Shown: positions 12,950-26,293 of the stretch, one piece after another | Layout: every line of letters starts with the position of its first letter | Numbering within the stretch: position 1 is the stretch's first letter | Assembly (NCBI GenBank): GCA_051362555.1 | Contig: CM120645.1 | Location: 10,230,001 to 10,294,000, forward strand | Direction: 5' to 3' | DNA: 64,000 bases | Source: Lingula anatina | Taxonomy: Eukaryota > Animalia > Brachiopoda | Made by a program: the position numbers and the translations under genes | The notes under the pieces: model-generated | The model's database searches: none | What the model saw: the letters and a program-made list of their open reading frames with translations, nothing else | What the model was told of the DNA's origin: nothing

Positions 12950-15299
12950 ACTAGAGGATCAGAGAGGCGATACCGCCTCCGAATATTGTACCACCAGCTG
13001 GAGCAAGCGCATTCATATAGACCCCCACATATACAAAATAAGGAACACAGCCACCAGTCTTGTGCTTGACAAGCTGTAAAAATGCAATCAACAAGAATTT
13101 TCAAAATATGCAAAAAATATATATATTACTAAAAATGGTACAATCAAAGTTAAGTTCATCGCAAGGTAGGTCAAAGGTCAATTCCAAGGTCACAGTAAAT
13201 TGCCAGTATATGACTTCCTATTCAACTTCAATAGTAACTATGGGCCTATCTCTGCCAGGTTTGGAGTTAAAAGAGAAAGAAATTAGCAGAGTTCAGTTCA
13301 TGATAATAAGTAGGTCAAAGGTCAATTTCAAGGTCACACTTAGATTGCCAGTATATGACTTCCTATTCACGTTCAATAGTAACTATGGACCTATCTCTGC
13401 CAGTTTTGGAGATAAAGGGGAAGCAAACTATGCAAAGTTCAGTTCATGGTGAAAAGTAGGTCAAAGGTCAATTTTAAGGTCACATTTAGATTGCCAGTAT
13501 ATGACTTCCTATTCAACTTCAATAGTAGCTATGGACCTATCTCTGCCAGTTTTGGAGATAAAAGGGAAGCAAAATTTGCAAAGTTCAGTTCATGGTGAAA
13601 AGTAGGTCAAAGGTCAATTTTAAGGTCACATTTAGATTGCCAGTATATGACTTCCTATTCAAGTTCAATAGAAACTATGGACCTATCTCTGCCAGTTTTG
13701 GAGATAAAAGGAAGCAAAATTTGCAAAGTTCAGTTCATGGTGAAAAGTAGGTCAAAGGTCAATTTTAAGGTCACATTTAGATTGCAAGTATATGACTTCC
13801 TATTCAAGTTCAATAGTAACTATGGACCTATCTCTGCCAGTTTTGGAGATAAAAGGGAAGCAAAATTTGCAAAGTTCAGTTCATGGTGAAAAGTAGGTCA
13901 AAGGTCAATTTTAAGGTCACATTTAGATTGCCAGTATATGACTTCCTATTCAACTTCAATAGTAACTATGGACCTATCTCTGCCAGTTTTGTAGATAAAA
14001 GGGAAGCAAAATTTGCAAAGTTCAGTTCATGGTGAAAAGTAGGTCAAAGGTCAATTTTAAGGTCACATTTAGATTGCCAGTATATGACTTCCTATTCAAG
14101 TTCAATAGAAACTATGGACCTATCTCTGCCAGTTTTGGAGATAAAAAGGAAGCAAAATTTGCAAAGTTCAGTTCATGGTGAAAAGTAGGTCAAAGGTCAA
14201 TTTTAAGGTCACATTTAGATTGCCAGTGTATGACTTCCTATTCAAGTTCAATAGTAACTATGGACCTATCTCTGCCAGTTTTGGAGATATAAGGGACTAA
14301 ATGTTATAATTTTGGAGTTACCATAATGTGCCATAAATTTCCTACAAAAAAAATTAATTAAAATAAAGAAAAGGTCATTTTGGTCAAAATTCTTGAAATG
14401 GGAGGTGCTCTGAAGTTCCAGATGTTCAAATTTGATGAAATGATGTCATTTTTGACCACAAGTTGTCTGCTTTGCCAAGCCTTATGTTTTATTTTTCCGG
14501 AGTTCAAAATTTATTATCCATTACCGTACTGCACATTTTGCTTTCACCACCAATATGTACTTTTTGATACAGCGTAACTCGAAAACCGTATGGAATACAA
14601 AAAAACGGAGACCACTTCCAGTGTTGGGCTTTACATGCTCTACAAAATGCAAAAAAGAATGGGTGTCTAGCATTAACGGTTCCCGAATTAGAGACAGTTT
14701 TCAGTTTCGATATCTTATGGCCGCTACTCCCGTGAAAATGCACCGATTGACCCCAAATTCACGGAGATGAAAGATGACCTGAAGGGTAACACTTTCCATT
14801 AATATTATTAGTTAAGTCTGTGTGGTGTCTGAATAAGACCGCAAATAATTTTTTTTTCGGCAAAAATTTTGTTTTTTTGAAAATTTTTGCCCGTTTGACC
14901 TTAAAATAAAGGTCAAAGGTCAAATCCAAGGGCATATTTGAAATCTACACCTATGACTTTTGGAAAGCTGTCTGTAGAAATTTTTCCCATAATTCCTTCT
15001 GTAGGGGAGATAATTAGCATTTAATTTTGCCATTTTTGGACAAGGGTGCATTGCAATGAGTGCCACACCTAGACCCCAATACCGACAAAGCCCAAATTTT
15101 ACGTGGAACGAGTTGAGATTATAGGTGACCTAAATCCAAGAGATGGGTATGGAGGCCCTTACCGTCTAGGAGGAGAAGCGGTAACGGTGACTTGGCGGCG
15201 GAGCCGCAGGAGCCGCAGGAGCCGCAGGAGCCGGCGGAACATACGGGTCGGGACTAAAACCATGTGTACCGCCAGCGCCTACGCTGGTGGTACAATAAT
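12950..15299 (-). mobile_element. Non-autonomous Helentron/HINE-like element with internal satellite
   Basis: Subterminal inverted repeats ATTGTACCACCAGC (12985-12998) and GCTGGTGGTACAAT (15283-15296). Hairpin at 15265-15294 and a short GGAGCCGCA repeat (~15200-15230) at one end. GC-rich hairpin GAGGCG-ATAC-CGCCTC (12964-12979) next to CTAG at the other end. Confidence 0.75.
13150..14295. repeat. Tandem repeat, ~146-bp unit, 8 copies
   Basis: GTAGGTCAAAGGTCAA recurs at 13166, 13310, 13456, 13602, 13747, 13893, 14039 and 14185. Confidence 0.95.
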
Positions 15300-16718
15300 C
15301 CAACAACGTACTTGTAAAGTAACACAAATATGCTTAGTATTAAAGTAGGCCTACGTATATTTAACTGTCTTAGATAGTTGAAAAGTATGAAATGTGTGGG
15401 AAACACTTTATTTGAATGTTTTAATTGTCTGTGATTGAAAACGATGAAAATATGCATGAAAATATTTAAAAATCAAATAATTTGGCCTCTTGCTACAATT
15501 TTGTTTTTGTTTCAGTTTGACAAAATTTTCATACTTGTCAGACCGAAAGGCTGACATTTTTTACCTGTCGTAAATTTTGTACATATAGCCCTACTAGAGT
15601 AAGACACGGTAAACTTTAATTATCGTCTGGGAAAGAGTCGAGAATTCCTGTCTCACCTATTTAACACTTAAAAAGATTTAATTACAGAGGAAAGGTCGTA
15701 GTTGTGGCCGCCCGCCTTACCGAACAATTGAACAAGTAACACCTGATGCCTTATCAGGTACCAAACGATTTAATCAGTTCACCGACGAACGATCTGCGTG
15801 TCAGTTTTACCTGTATACACAGTAGCTACGAGTCAAACAATGCAGAAAATCTTATCATTTTATCTCTTTAAAAATCTCTTAAGATATCCTTCAAACAAGA
15901 CATAAAAATCGTAATGAATTGACACTGCCGGTATATGAGGTGATATCGCCACAGCTTGCATATATACATGTACAAAATTGTGAAGACGTAGGCCTGCGCA
16001 CCTGTCCACACTCTTGAAAGCTGTGTACGAGTCTACTGGCTTTTTTGATTTTATATATAAAAAATAACGAGTCTCTTTCGCATATCTTTATTATCGGAAA
16101 CATTTAAAAGAACTCCGAAGCTTTAGTTCGTCATCACTATTGAAAGTACAGCCAAGGCTCGGACGCTTAGGTGAAGTCTAGTTGTAAACCGCATCGTATT
16201 TAAACTAAGAAAGCAAATATTTAATTGCTTGATTCTCCGTCCAAATAGCTGTTTCTTGCCTACAGTTTACGCATTTCTGTGCTTCAGCCACCTTTTTAGT
16301 TTGACAGAAAGCAATGCACGCTTCATACGACCTTTTTATATGCGCACCTTGTACATCATCTACACCTAGCATTGCCATGCTGGAAACAGCAGAGGACCAC
16401 TATGACCCCTGTGGCGCGCGGTTCCTATCATGCGCACTTCGTATTTCCGCAAAAGATGAAAAAGGTCTATAGTCCGAAGGTTCAATAGTCTGAAGGATCC
16501 GTTTACCATATGAAAAAGTCTCAAATTCATGAAATAAATCAACAACTGACAAAAGTAAACTTAACAATAATCTCCTTAAAACCAACACTGAATTAATGGA
16601 GAATGTGGAACTCCTGCCGCAGTGTCACGTACCCCGCCCAGCAAGCGGCTGGTTACCTATATATACTAGCACATTGTACATGTAGGTACACTGTACAATA
16701 CTGACATCGACATGTTAA

Positions 16719-16729
16719 CAGGCCCGTAG

Positions 16730-16781
<52 letters not shown>

Positions 16782-16917
16782 CGAAAAAATCGCCCCTTTT
16801 GCTGGGAAGAGGTCCACTCTGGGTAAAATTTGATCTAGGTACATGAAGTTTTTATGGGAAAAGGTCCACTTTTTGTGAAAAAGAACCCCCCTTTTGAAAT
16901 TGCTGGCTACGGGGCGG
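16719..16917. mobile_element. MITE with CAGG termini, poly-G tract and 6-bp TSD (hAT6-like)
   Basis: Ends CAGGCCCGTAGCC and GGCTACGGGGCGG, with TGTTAA duplicated on both sides (16713-16718, 16918-16923). A related copy lies in reverse orientation at ~30242-30412 and a fragment at ~20925-20990. Confidence 0.7.
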
Positions 16918-17189
16918 TGTTAATCAGGGCACATTGTACCCAGTGACACAGCTTGGTTTTTTTCACTGAAAACACATGAAATACATGCACCAGTGATAGG
17001 TGTATAATATGTAGTATGTGAATGAATACGAGATTAAATGACCTAAATCTGTTCCACTTTATATTTTCTAGAGAAAGTCAACCTCACGATAATAAAACAG
17101 CGAGAAAAGTACTGGTGCATGAACCTCTACCATTAATCATGCAGTGTAGGTCTACAGAACGACCGCGAATGCATGAGATTATTTAACTG

Positions 17190-20100
17190 GCGAATGAGTT
17201 AGAAACACGAAGGGTGAAAATAAAAATGGTTACACACAAGATACTCTGCAATGGAAGTAAATTGCTTGGAAATCGACCGGGGTCAACATGACCTACTAGT
17301 AGGGCCTACAACTCGCACTATGGCACGCATTTTTTAAGGGCGGATACAGGATTGCACACGTTTCGTTTTCGATCGCACACTTTATGGAGCGTTATTCCTC
17401 CTGAATATTAATACGTATTAACCAGGAAACTACCACACATTTTGTTGCATTATTTTAGACCCACAAATACGTTGAGGGTCATTGTACGGATTGCTTGTAC
17501 TGTAATGCCTGTGTGACGTCTTGCCCTCGTCAGGTCAAGTACACATCACGCACATATTTTTCCGCTAATACAAATAGATCGAATCAGACTAGACATTTTC
17601 TTATATTCGCCTACGCCAAATAAAACCAATCCAAGCAATAAAAATATTTTCATTCAATTAAAGCCATGAAATAGTTTTGATAAATTACATGTTCAAAATG
17701 ACTGACTTTTGAGGTATATATGTTGCTTTGTACAGGTATTTCTACGCGAGCTCGAGGACATTCACCCGTCTTTAACCTGGTGCAGTAGGAGTTCATTGAC
17801 TTAATATAAATATAGCGTCACCTATTTTAACAATATTCTTTTTTAACCTAGTCATCTCGTAGCCAGCAGTTAAAGCAGATATACTTTTCATAGCCAATTT
17901 CTCATCAAGAGCAACAGGAAACACTAGGATTTTATTTGCCTTTGTTACCTATAGCGGTACATGTAAATGTACAAGGTACATAAGAGTTTTTCTAAAACAG
18001 AGAAGTTTGTTGTTGTCTATCACGAGGACTATGTATACACTGTGCGTACAGTGCATGTATAAAGGAAAACGTTTCAAAGATAGCTTGTTTTGAGATATTT
18101 GGTAGTACTATGCTAAATGATAAAAGTATCAAATTGATGAAACGGGTCACGAACAACGCACAGGGAGCACGTTTCCGACAGTTAATGTTGTCCACTTTTT
18201 AAAGTAGGCCTATATAAACAAGTACACAGTATATAAATAATAACCTCCCAGTTATACTGGTGAGATCACAGGAGGTGCACGGAATATTACTATCCGAATA
18301 CAAGACTGTAGCAGGGCACAAACACCGACTTGAATCAGTTGCACGGAGTTTATTAAATTCAATGAAGCAGAGGAAATTATACACCTTCTTGGTAGGATCT
18401 GAGACCAGAAGGGCAGTAGTGGACCCGGCGGGGACAGGCCCCGGCAGTTCTGCCGGCGGTCGCGATCATACAGACATAAATCCAGAACAAGAAGCCGGTA
18501 CAATGGGCCCTGACACAAACAATCGCTGTGGTCGTGGAGCACCTAACGGTTGTGACACGGCCAGTACAAGTCGGTCCATTGAGAGGAAAGACACAGACGA
18601 CGGTATGGTCAGCACAGTGAGACCAGCGAAAAGGCGACGGTCAGGTTAGTGATAGAACGCAAGTCCCAAAAAAGACTGAAAATAATGTCAATTTCATATC
18701 TATTAGGGATTATTTCAATCGAGTGCAATGGTCTCTGCTTAAAAAATGAAATATAACTATATGAATGTGTTTGTAACTGAATTGCTGGTAGTCTACTATA
18801 AAAAAAGTATTATGTCACCAGCAGATGAGATAGAAACACGCAAATGAAAAAAAATACATCTAAGATCTTCTGTTTGAAATCAACGTGTGAAACGGTGTAT
18901 TATTAACAAAGGCAGTGTACGCACATTGCTTGCAAATCGTCCTGGGTCAACATGACCTAGCGCGCACTGAGGTACTTTTTTAAGTACGCATACAGCACAG
19001 CACAGGTGCCGTTTTCGATGGCACAATTTATGGAGCATTATACCTCCACAGTGGAATATTAGACACTTAAATAAATCATGTAATTACCGCACTTTTACTG
19101 CATTAGTTTAGGCCCATAGATACAATGAGGGTCACTGTACGGAGTAAATGCTTGTGTGACGTCTTGCCCTCGTTAGGTCAAGTACACATCACGCGTATAA
19201 CCCTCCGTTAAGAGAAATAGTTCTAATCAAACGTTTTATTTTTATATTCGTGTAGGCTGAGCACAACCAACAATAAATCCAAGCAAAAAATTATGTTAAT
19301 TCAATTAAAGCCATGAAATATAGTTTTGATAAATGACATTTATATGACTGACTTCTGAGTAATATAAGGTGGTATGTACAGGTATTTCTACGCGAGCTCG
19401 AGGACATTCACCCTCGTCTCTAACCTGGTGCAAGTACAAGTTCATTGACTCGTTATAAATATAGCGTCACCTATTTTAACAATATTTTTTTTTTAACCAA
19501 GTCATCTCCTCGCCAGCAGTTAAAGAAGAAATACTTTTCACAGTCAACCTCTCAATGCGAGCAACGGGAGCGAGGATTTTACTTGTCTTTATTTCCTATA
19601 CATGTACCCTGTACATAATAGGGTAATCAAAACGGAGAAGTTTGATATTGTCTGTCTGTCTGTCACTAGGGCTATATACAGTGCAGCCGTAGAGGAAGGC
19701 GTTTTAAAGGTAGCTTGTTTTAAAGGTATCTGGTAGTACAATGCAAAATGATGAAACAGACACGAAGTACAACTCACAGGGAGAACATTTCCGACAGTTG
19801 AAAATGTTCACTTTTTATAGTAGTCCTTTATAAACAAGAATATCTACCAGTAAATATAATCTCAATGTATTACTGGTAAGATCACAAGTGGTGCACGGAA
19901 TGCTACGAGCTGAATACTAGACGGTAACACGGCAAAAACACGAACTTAATTCAGTTGCACAGAGTTAATTAAATCCAATGAAGCAGAGGTAATTTTACAC
20001 CTTCTTGGTAGGACCTGGGACCAGAAGGACAATACGTAGAGGATCCAGCGGGGACGGTTGCGATCATACTGACATATAGAGCCAGAACAAGAGCCCGGTA

Positions 20101-20280
20101 CAATGGGCCCTGATACAAACAATCGCTGTGGCCGTGGAGCTCCTAGTATTTGTGACACGGCCAGTAGGCCTACAAGGCGGTCCAGTGAGGGGAAGGAAAT
20201 AGACGCCGGTATGGTCAGCACAAAGAGACCAGCGAAAAGACGACGGTCAGGTTAGTAAGAAGAATGCAGGCTCCCAAATT
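17190..20280 (+). repeat. Tandem duplication of a ~1.6-kb unit (about 17190-18670 and 18825-20280) carrying a degenerate ORF
   Basis: Collinear near-identical blocks, e.g. GTGTGACGTCTTGCCCTCG, GTATTTCTACGCGAGCTCGAGGACATTCACCC and CGGTATGGTCAGCACA..GAGACCAGCGAAAAG. Confidence 0.85.
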
Positions 20281-20323
20281 CATTCAAGCCACATGGCAGT
20301 TCTCTTGCGGATTGTGAGCACGT

Positions 20324-20356
<33 letters not shown>

Positions 20357-22696
20357 GGGGGGGGAGGGGGGGGGCATGTACAATTACATGTGTATCGATA
20401 TGATGGAAATTATGGAGCAGCTTATATATATATATAGCTGTTTTGTTATCTTTTATAATAGGCTTTGCGACATTAAATATCTTTTCCCGCAGCGACTTAT
20501 AAGAAGTAAATACTAGTATATGTGCGGTAATACACCTGTAGGCCTACTATGTATGTATGACATGAAAAATTCATAAGAAGACTGTAAGCATACCAGAGCT
20601 CGGGGAAAGTGGACTGTAGTTCATTGGTTGTTCTACCGGTCGTTGACCGCGGCCAGACAACTTCAGGTCACCTTGACAAGGAACGCGTGAACTAACGATC
20701 GACCTACTTTTAAGAACTAGGGCAACGCCACTTCCTACGCAGGTGCAAAACAGTCATTAGCCGTAAACTTGAGGAAGGCGCCGCTGCAGCCCCTTTTTAT
20801 AGGGCTCATTTCCAAAGACACTATCGGTCAACCAAGATCGATCCAGCTTCGTAGGGACTCTCGCTGAATGCAGTCAGTTTAACAGATTAAAACAACTCCT
20901 TCTGGCATTGAGTAGAATACAGAAAAAGGGGAAAGAGGTCCACTTTGTCTGAAAAAGAACCCGAGACTTTACATTGTTGTCTATAGACCTGGCGTTCACG
21001 CTGTGTTCATCATGATTTATGATTTCGCTACTTTTAATAACTAAGGCCGCAGATCAAAATAACCGTTTTTTTATTAAAATCATTTGAATGATCTGCTGGT
21101 GTACATATATGTAGCTCATTGGTTTCTCTGTAAACGAACATCGCCCTTTGACAGTGCGTAGGATTTTAAAAACACAATTTTTTCACCTCTCTTCTCAAAT
21201 TTCTTTTTTATTTGTGCTGCAGTACGCGCTCCTTACACTTTCTCGTTTCTTTCATCCAGTAAACGACGAGGTAAACCGGTAAACCACAAGGCATTGTCAC
21301 ATAACAAAGTTGTTGGATATACATGATTGTTTAAAGGGCTACTCCTTGGGATTTACCCAACAATAGATTTCCCCGGGGAAATAATCAAATTTTTTCGTAT
21401 TTTGTTTTTTTTTTTTTTAGCAATTTTTGCTTGTACTACCAGGTTGAGTTCCTTAGGTAAGCGACCGACGGAGTTTTCACCTGGTGATTATCTCTTTTGC
21501 CCGCACGCTATTTTCTACAGACGGCAATGGCTTTAATGGTATTATTAGAATCTTTCAGCACCATCATGGGTCTTTCACCTAACAAACGGCGGGCTAAACA
21601 CCCGTAGGTGAAATTGCATGCGGTTTGTGCGTGTATCGTATACTATACAGTGTCGGGCATTGTAATATCCCGGGAGCAACGACCGCTCTTATATCACTCA
21701 CTGCAAGTGGTAAAGGCCAAGCTCGTGCGTTAAATCTGACATTATGCTTGCTCCTCCCACTGTAGGTAAAAATAACTGCAAGGATTCCGCTTGTGATTTT
21801 TTTTGTGTGTGTGGCTGTCACAGAACAGTGACCTTTTACGTAAGTGGTCTTTTTTTTTTAAGTTTATCAAAGTGGGATCCTTCAAACTCCATTGCATGCT
21901 ACCGGTTTTTCTACCCTTTCAGGCATTCCTTCTTTTCAGATTATTACAATTGTGAAAAAAATGATTATCTCAAGTGTCAAAAAAAAAAAAAAAAAGAATT
22001 TACGCAACCAGAGCTCTTTTATTAAATCAACAATAGCTGACTTTTATGTACTCAAATGCATTTACCGAGCACTTTATGTTTCACTATTTACTAAATGTTG
22101 AACTAACTTGCGTATATGAGAGCTCGAGTACCGGTAACATGACATAGTAAGTCATTCACCGCAGGTCACTGACATCTAGAAAGTCGGCATTGAAATCAAT
22201 AGCCGCCATATGAGCACTCATGTGCGTTGACCTCATTGTGTCCCCGGCAGGTCGTTGGCCGCACAGTGAGGGAGCTTGCCGTTTGGATATCTGCAAAAAC
22301 ATCGCTACTATCAGACATACCCTAGATGTGTGCATTTAGCGTTCAAGTTTATTAGTATCGCTTCTTTTACGCTCATAAATACCAAGGTGAAGATCCCTCG
22401 CCGCAGGTTTTTTTTTTAAGTTGTGGTCGTTAACCGCATTTGTAACCTAGATATGCAAATAAGCCTCGTTTCTGGGAAGATCAGTCAGGTCAATCAGGAC
22501 AGAATAATGTTATATAGAGGCGTATACAATAGCATCGTATATACATTCATAGCGGTTGTGTGTTCAGCGGGTTCGCGTTTAAATCTTTAATGGTTTGTAT
22601 ATTTAAAGTTACTTTTAATCAGCGGTAAGATTGGACACAATTTTCTCGTGACTGTTGCACCTAACAAAACAAAAACCCTTTAGAGTGAATTTGAAC

Positions 22697-25614
22697 ATGT
22701 TGATCTGTAAGGTAATTGAATGGAGATAAAAGAAAAATAACATAAATTAATACGAGATCAAAAGAATCTTATATTTTGAAGACCAGTCCTTAAAGATCAT
22801 TTACTATAACTTGTGGAATTTTCTTTTTAGATGCTTCTACTAGTGAGAGTTCAACTTCGACAACGCCCACGGGCACGTGTTCGCCTGAGTTGCCCCCGGT
22901 CCCCTCCCGTCAGTGCCTCATATGTGGAGACAAGGCGACGGGGCTGCATTACGGCGTGGTGTCGTGTGAGGGGTGCAAAGGTAAAGTCTTCCGGTCACAA
23001 GAAATTTTTTACATCGCGTGACGGCATTTACTGGTTGAAGACCTATCATATGATAATGGCGTATTGGTTTGGAGGGATATAAATTGAAAAGAATCACGAT
23101 GACACTGGTAGGGTTTTATTAAAGTGGCAATTGCGAATTGGTCTAAATAATTACAGAATTATGGAACCTCGAAGAAGATTTATAATGAAAATAGAAGAGA
23201 AACCTCGTAAACATGAAAACCTCGTTTTTATGCCTGATCAAATCTCACAATATTTCTGCCAGGTATCGTGCTTTAAGAGTCAAGGACTCTGCATTGTCCT
23301 GATGCATCTAAAAGTGTTCTTTTCCCTTTTTTTGACCGTCAGGTTTTTTCATGCGTTCAGTGCTGAATAGATCCACCTATAAATGTAAAAACCACGGTCG
23401 GTGTGTTATGAACAAAAGGTCTAGAAACCGCTGTCAGTACTGCCGGCTGTCCCAGTGTCTTAAGATTGGAATGAACAAAGGAGGTGAGCTACACATGCAA
23501 ATTATTTTATTTTATTTTCTTATATTTTATTTTATTGTGTGTGGTTGGTAGGGGGATAGCGGAAGAGTAACTCGATCAAAAAGTTTACAAAAATACCATT
23601 TCTAGTACATTCAGAACAGGTTTTGTCGCTACAACTTAAGGGGTATGCCGCCATGGGTATTTAGTTATTTTTTCTCTTTTGTGCTGCACGAGTTAGTGAA
23701 ATGCTGTTGATTTGTATTGTTTCAGCTATAAGAGAGGATCGCATGCCCGGTGGTAGATCACGCCATGTTGGACAATATAAGGTACTGGTGACACAGCAGT
23801 GGACAAACTTCTCATGCATAGGAGGCGCCAGTAGTCTAAATTGTACCCCCCCCCCCCCCAATCCCCCTGTATATATAAAAGTTTAATTTATTGGAGTTTG
23901 GTTGAGTTATTAATCGTAAAAAAATAGTCACATTACCAATAATATATTTGAGAATTATGTGTAATATTTAAGTTTCAGTTATGTCGGTAGCTTTCATAAA
24001 TCTTATGCTTTTATTTTTCGGGAACACAAAATGAACAATCCAGTTTTGGGAGTGGGTGAGTAGTATCTGACATATTCTTCTATAATGCTTTCTTTGTATT
24101 TTTAGTATTCACAACAGAAAATGGAGCGGATACTTAGTGGATATTACTCTGATAGTGATACGGAATCTGCACAAAGTCTCAGTCCTAGCCATCTTTCTGA
24201 TGGCGCGGAAAGTATTGAGTGCAAAGTAAGCCTCTCTCTCTCTCTCTCTCTCTCTCTCGTAGATTCTTTTCTAGGTGACATGCTACTAAGCGTGCACCAG
24301 TTTACCTCTTAAGACATGAAGTAAACACACAGAGTTATCATTTACCCATTTCTTCTCCCGTAGTAATACTTTCAGGGGCATTAATCAAATTGAAATAAAA
24401 AATAACGATCGTTTTTAAAGCGGCATATAATTCCAAGACACATATAGGTGCATGATCACCTGTCGGACTTAAATATGAATAACCCTTTGAAATAATAACT
24501 CAATTAGCGTTCCTTTTTTAACCTTTCAGTCGGCCAGTGATGCACGCCCAATTTGCCAGTGCCCTCAAGACATCCTGGACAACCACAATCTCCGTCTGTG
24601 GCGACTGGCTCTCCCGCGTCTCCTGGAGCTTGACCAGAACCCCTTGCTCACCGTGTTCCCAAACTGTGATGGACAATTGTCTGATGGCGACATGTTATCT
24701 CTCATTAACGACCTTGCCATAGAACTTTGTAAGCGACAGAGCGGTTGGGTGAAGAATCTCCCCATCTATGGCTCTATCCCGCTGAGTGACATTGCGTCTT
24801 TAACCACGGATAGTTTCTTTGAGGTGACGATACTGAGCTCGCTGATGATGAGGAGGAACGGGCTGGCGTCTCACCTGCGCCAGGCTATGACCAGGTACCA
24901 GCCGTCTAAAGAATCTTTACAAGCTCAAAGTAAAAGCCTAACGGCCGCCTTTTACCAGGTGTGCAGTAAGATACTGCAGCTGAGACTTACCATGGAAGAG
25001 TTTGCCTGCCTGAAGGCATTGTCCTTCCTTCAACCAGGTAGTTATCGATGGCTTATACTTTATGTTATAATAATTCATTATCCGTTCTAAACAATTTTTT
25101 CATGATTCTTGTCTGGAGTGAATACTGGAATGTCAACTGAATTGTAAAGTGCAATATTGTACGATATTCGTGTTTTTCCTAAAATGATATTTTTAAAGTT
25201 ACCCCAGACACCGTGGTGTGTCGGTCCCATTTTGCCATTTATTTTTCTTGTTGTCCCGTCCACCAAATCCTCCAGTTGATTTCCTCTCAATGTGACCTAT
25301 ACGAACCCTCATACTACAGGTACAGGCAAACAAGGCAAACCTAATTACTGTAAAGTGTTTCTTTAATATTTCCAGACAGGCTCAACTGTCAACACCAATG
25401 CCTTGTGTCACACCACCGGGACAAGTACGAGAATCTCGTTCGTGACATCGCGTCCTCTTCTGGAGGAACGCTGGATCCCGAGAGGGCTTCAAATATCATC
25501 AAGGTTCGCTGCCTTCTCACGGCAGTGTCTGCAGAACTGCGTGAAATGCCCCTCGACGATTTGCCAGTTGTGTTGAAATGTCTCTTTAACATAGAAATGA
25601 AGCCGAGCAAGTGA
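22697..25614 (+). CDS. NR6A1: Nuclear receptor, GCNF/NR6A-like (7 coding exons)
   Basis: Exons 22697-22706, 22831-22980, 23343-23483, 23726-23781, 24106-24225, 24530-25037 and 25376-25614 have consistent phases. [32 protein letters not shown]...[10 protein letters not shown]...GM, C-terminal extension [11 protein letters not shown] and [28 protein letters not shown] and EEFACLKAL, and C-terminus LPVVLK all resemble vertebrate GCNF. The 10-nt first exon is less certain. Confidence 0.8.
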
Positions 25615-25671
25615 AAGGTCCCACAAAAGAACAGCAAAGCTGCAAGATGTCTTATTATATTTCTATCTTAA

Positions 25672-25940
25672 GGTGATAACAACTCTACATATGAGATTCA
25701 ACATTTCCCAATAAACATTTTTAACAATTCGTAGAAATATCATAAATTCAATTTTACCTCCAAAATGACGGCCAGCGCAATTATTCTGAAATCTGACCTT
25801 GCCACCCGAGCACGTGGGCCTGAAATGGCTACCATCCGTAATTATCTCATAAGTGATTATTACAAAAAAAAAATGTCGTTTACCACGGGAAAATCCTTTT
25901 GTGGAACTTTTTCGGCCATAAAGGAAGAGTTGTCATCCTT
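25672..25940. mobile_element. Possible TTAA-flanked MITE (Kolobok-like) just 3' of the nuclear receptor stop codon
   Basis: Imperfect TIRs GGTGATAACAACTCT and AGAGTTGTCATCC with TTAA near both ends. Confidence 0.45.
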
Positions 25941-26262
25941 TTAAGGTCAAACTGGTAATATTTTTCATATTAGTATTTTTCACTTGATAGGTATGATTGT
26001 CTTTTTTGTGATATAAGTTTATTCTATGACGGCATACGAAAATCGTTGCCGTTTGTATGAAAATGCGTTCAGATAACTCTACATGTTCCCGTTGAGGAAC
26101 AAATGTACCGGGTACATGCATTTCCATGCTTAGGCATGGTTTTAACATTCTTACATTCCTTGTTATAACAGCATTTAAAAAGCGGACTTCCAGTTGGTGA
26201 TGTACATGTAATAGTAACTAGTTCCACTGGCCAATGCTAGATATCAGAAGTGGGTAAGGTGT

Positions 26263-26293
<31 letters not shown>

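Noticed and set aside
13150-14295. Regular repeat array resembling CRISPR, and ORFs 13060-13452 and 13647-13889
   Set aside because: Units are full-length tandem copies with no unique spacers, there are no cas genes, and the context is eukaryotic. The ORFs are by-products of the satellite.
11885-20374. Long poly-C and poly-G tracts (11885, 16732, 20326) and their polyproline/polyglycine ORFs
   Set aside because: Homopolymers, at least one inside a MITE, with unreliable length; not coding.
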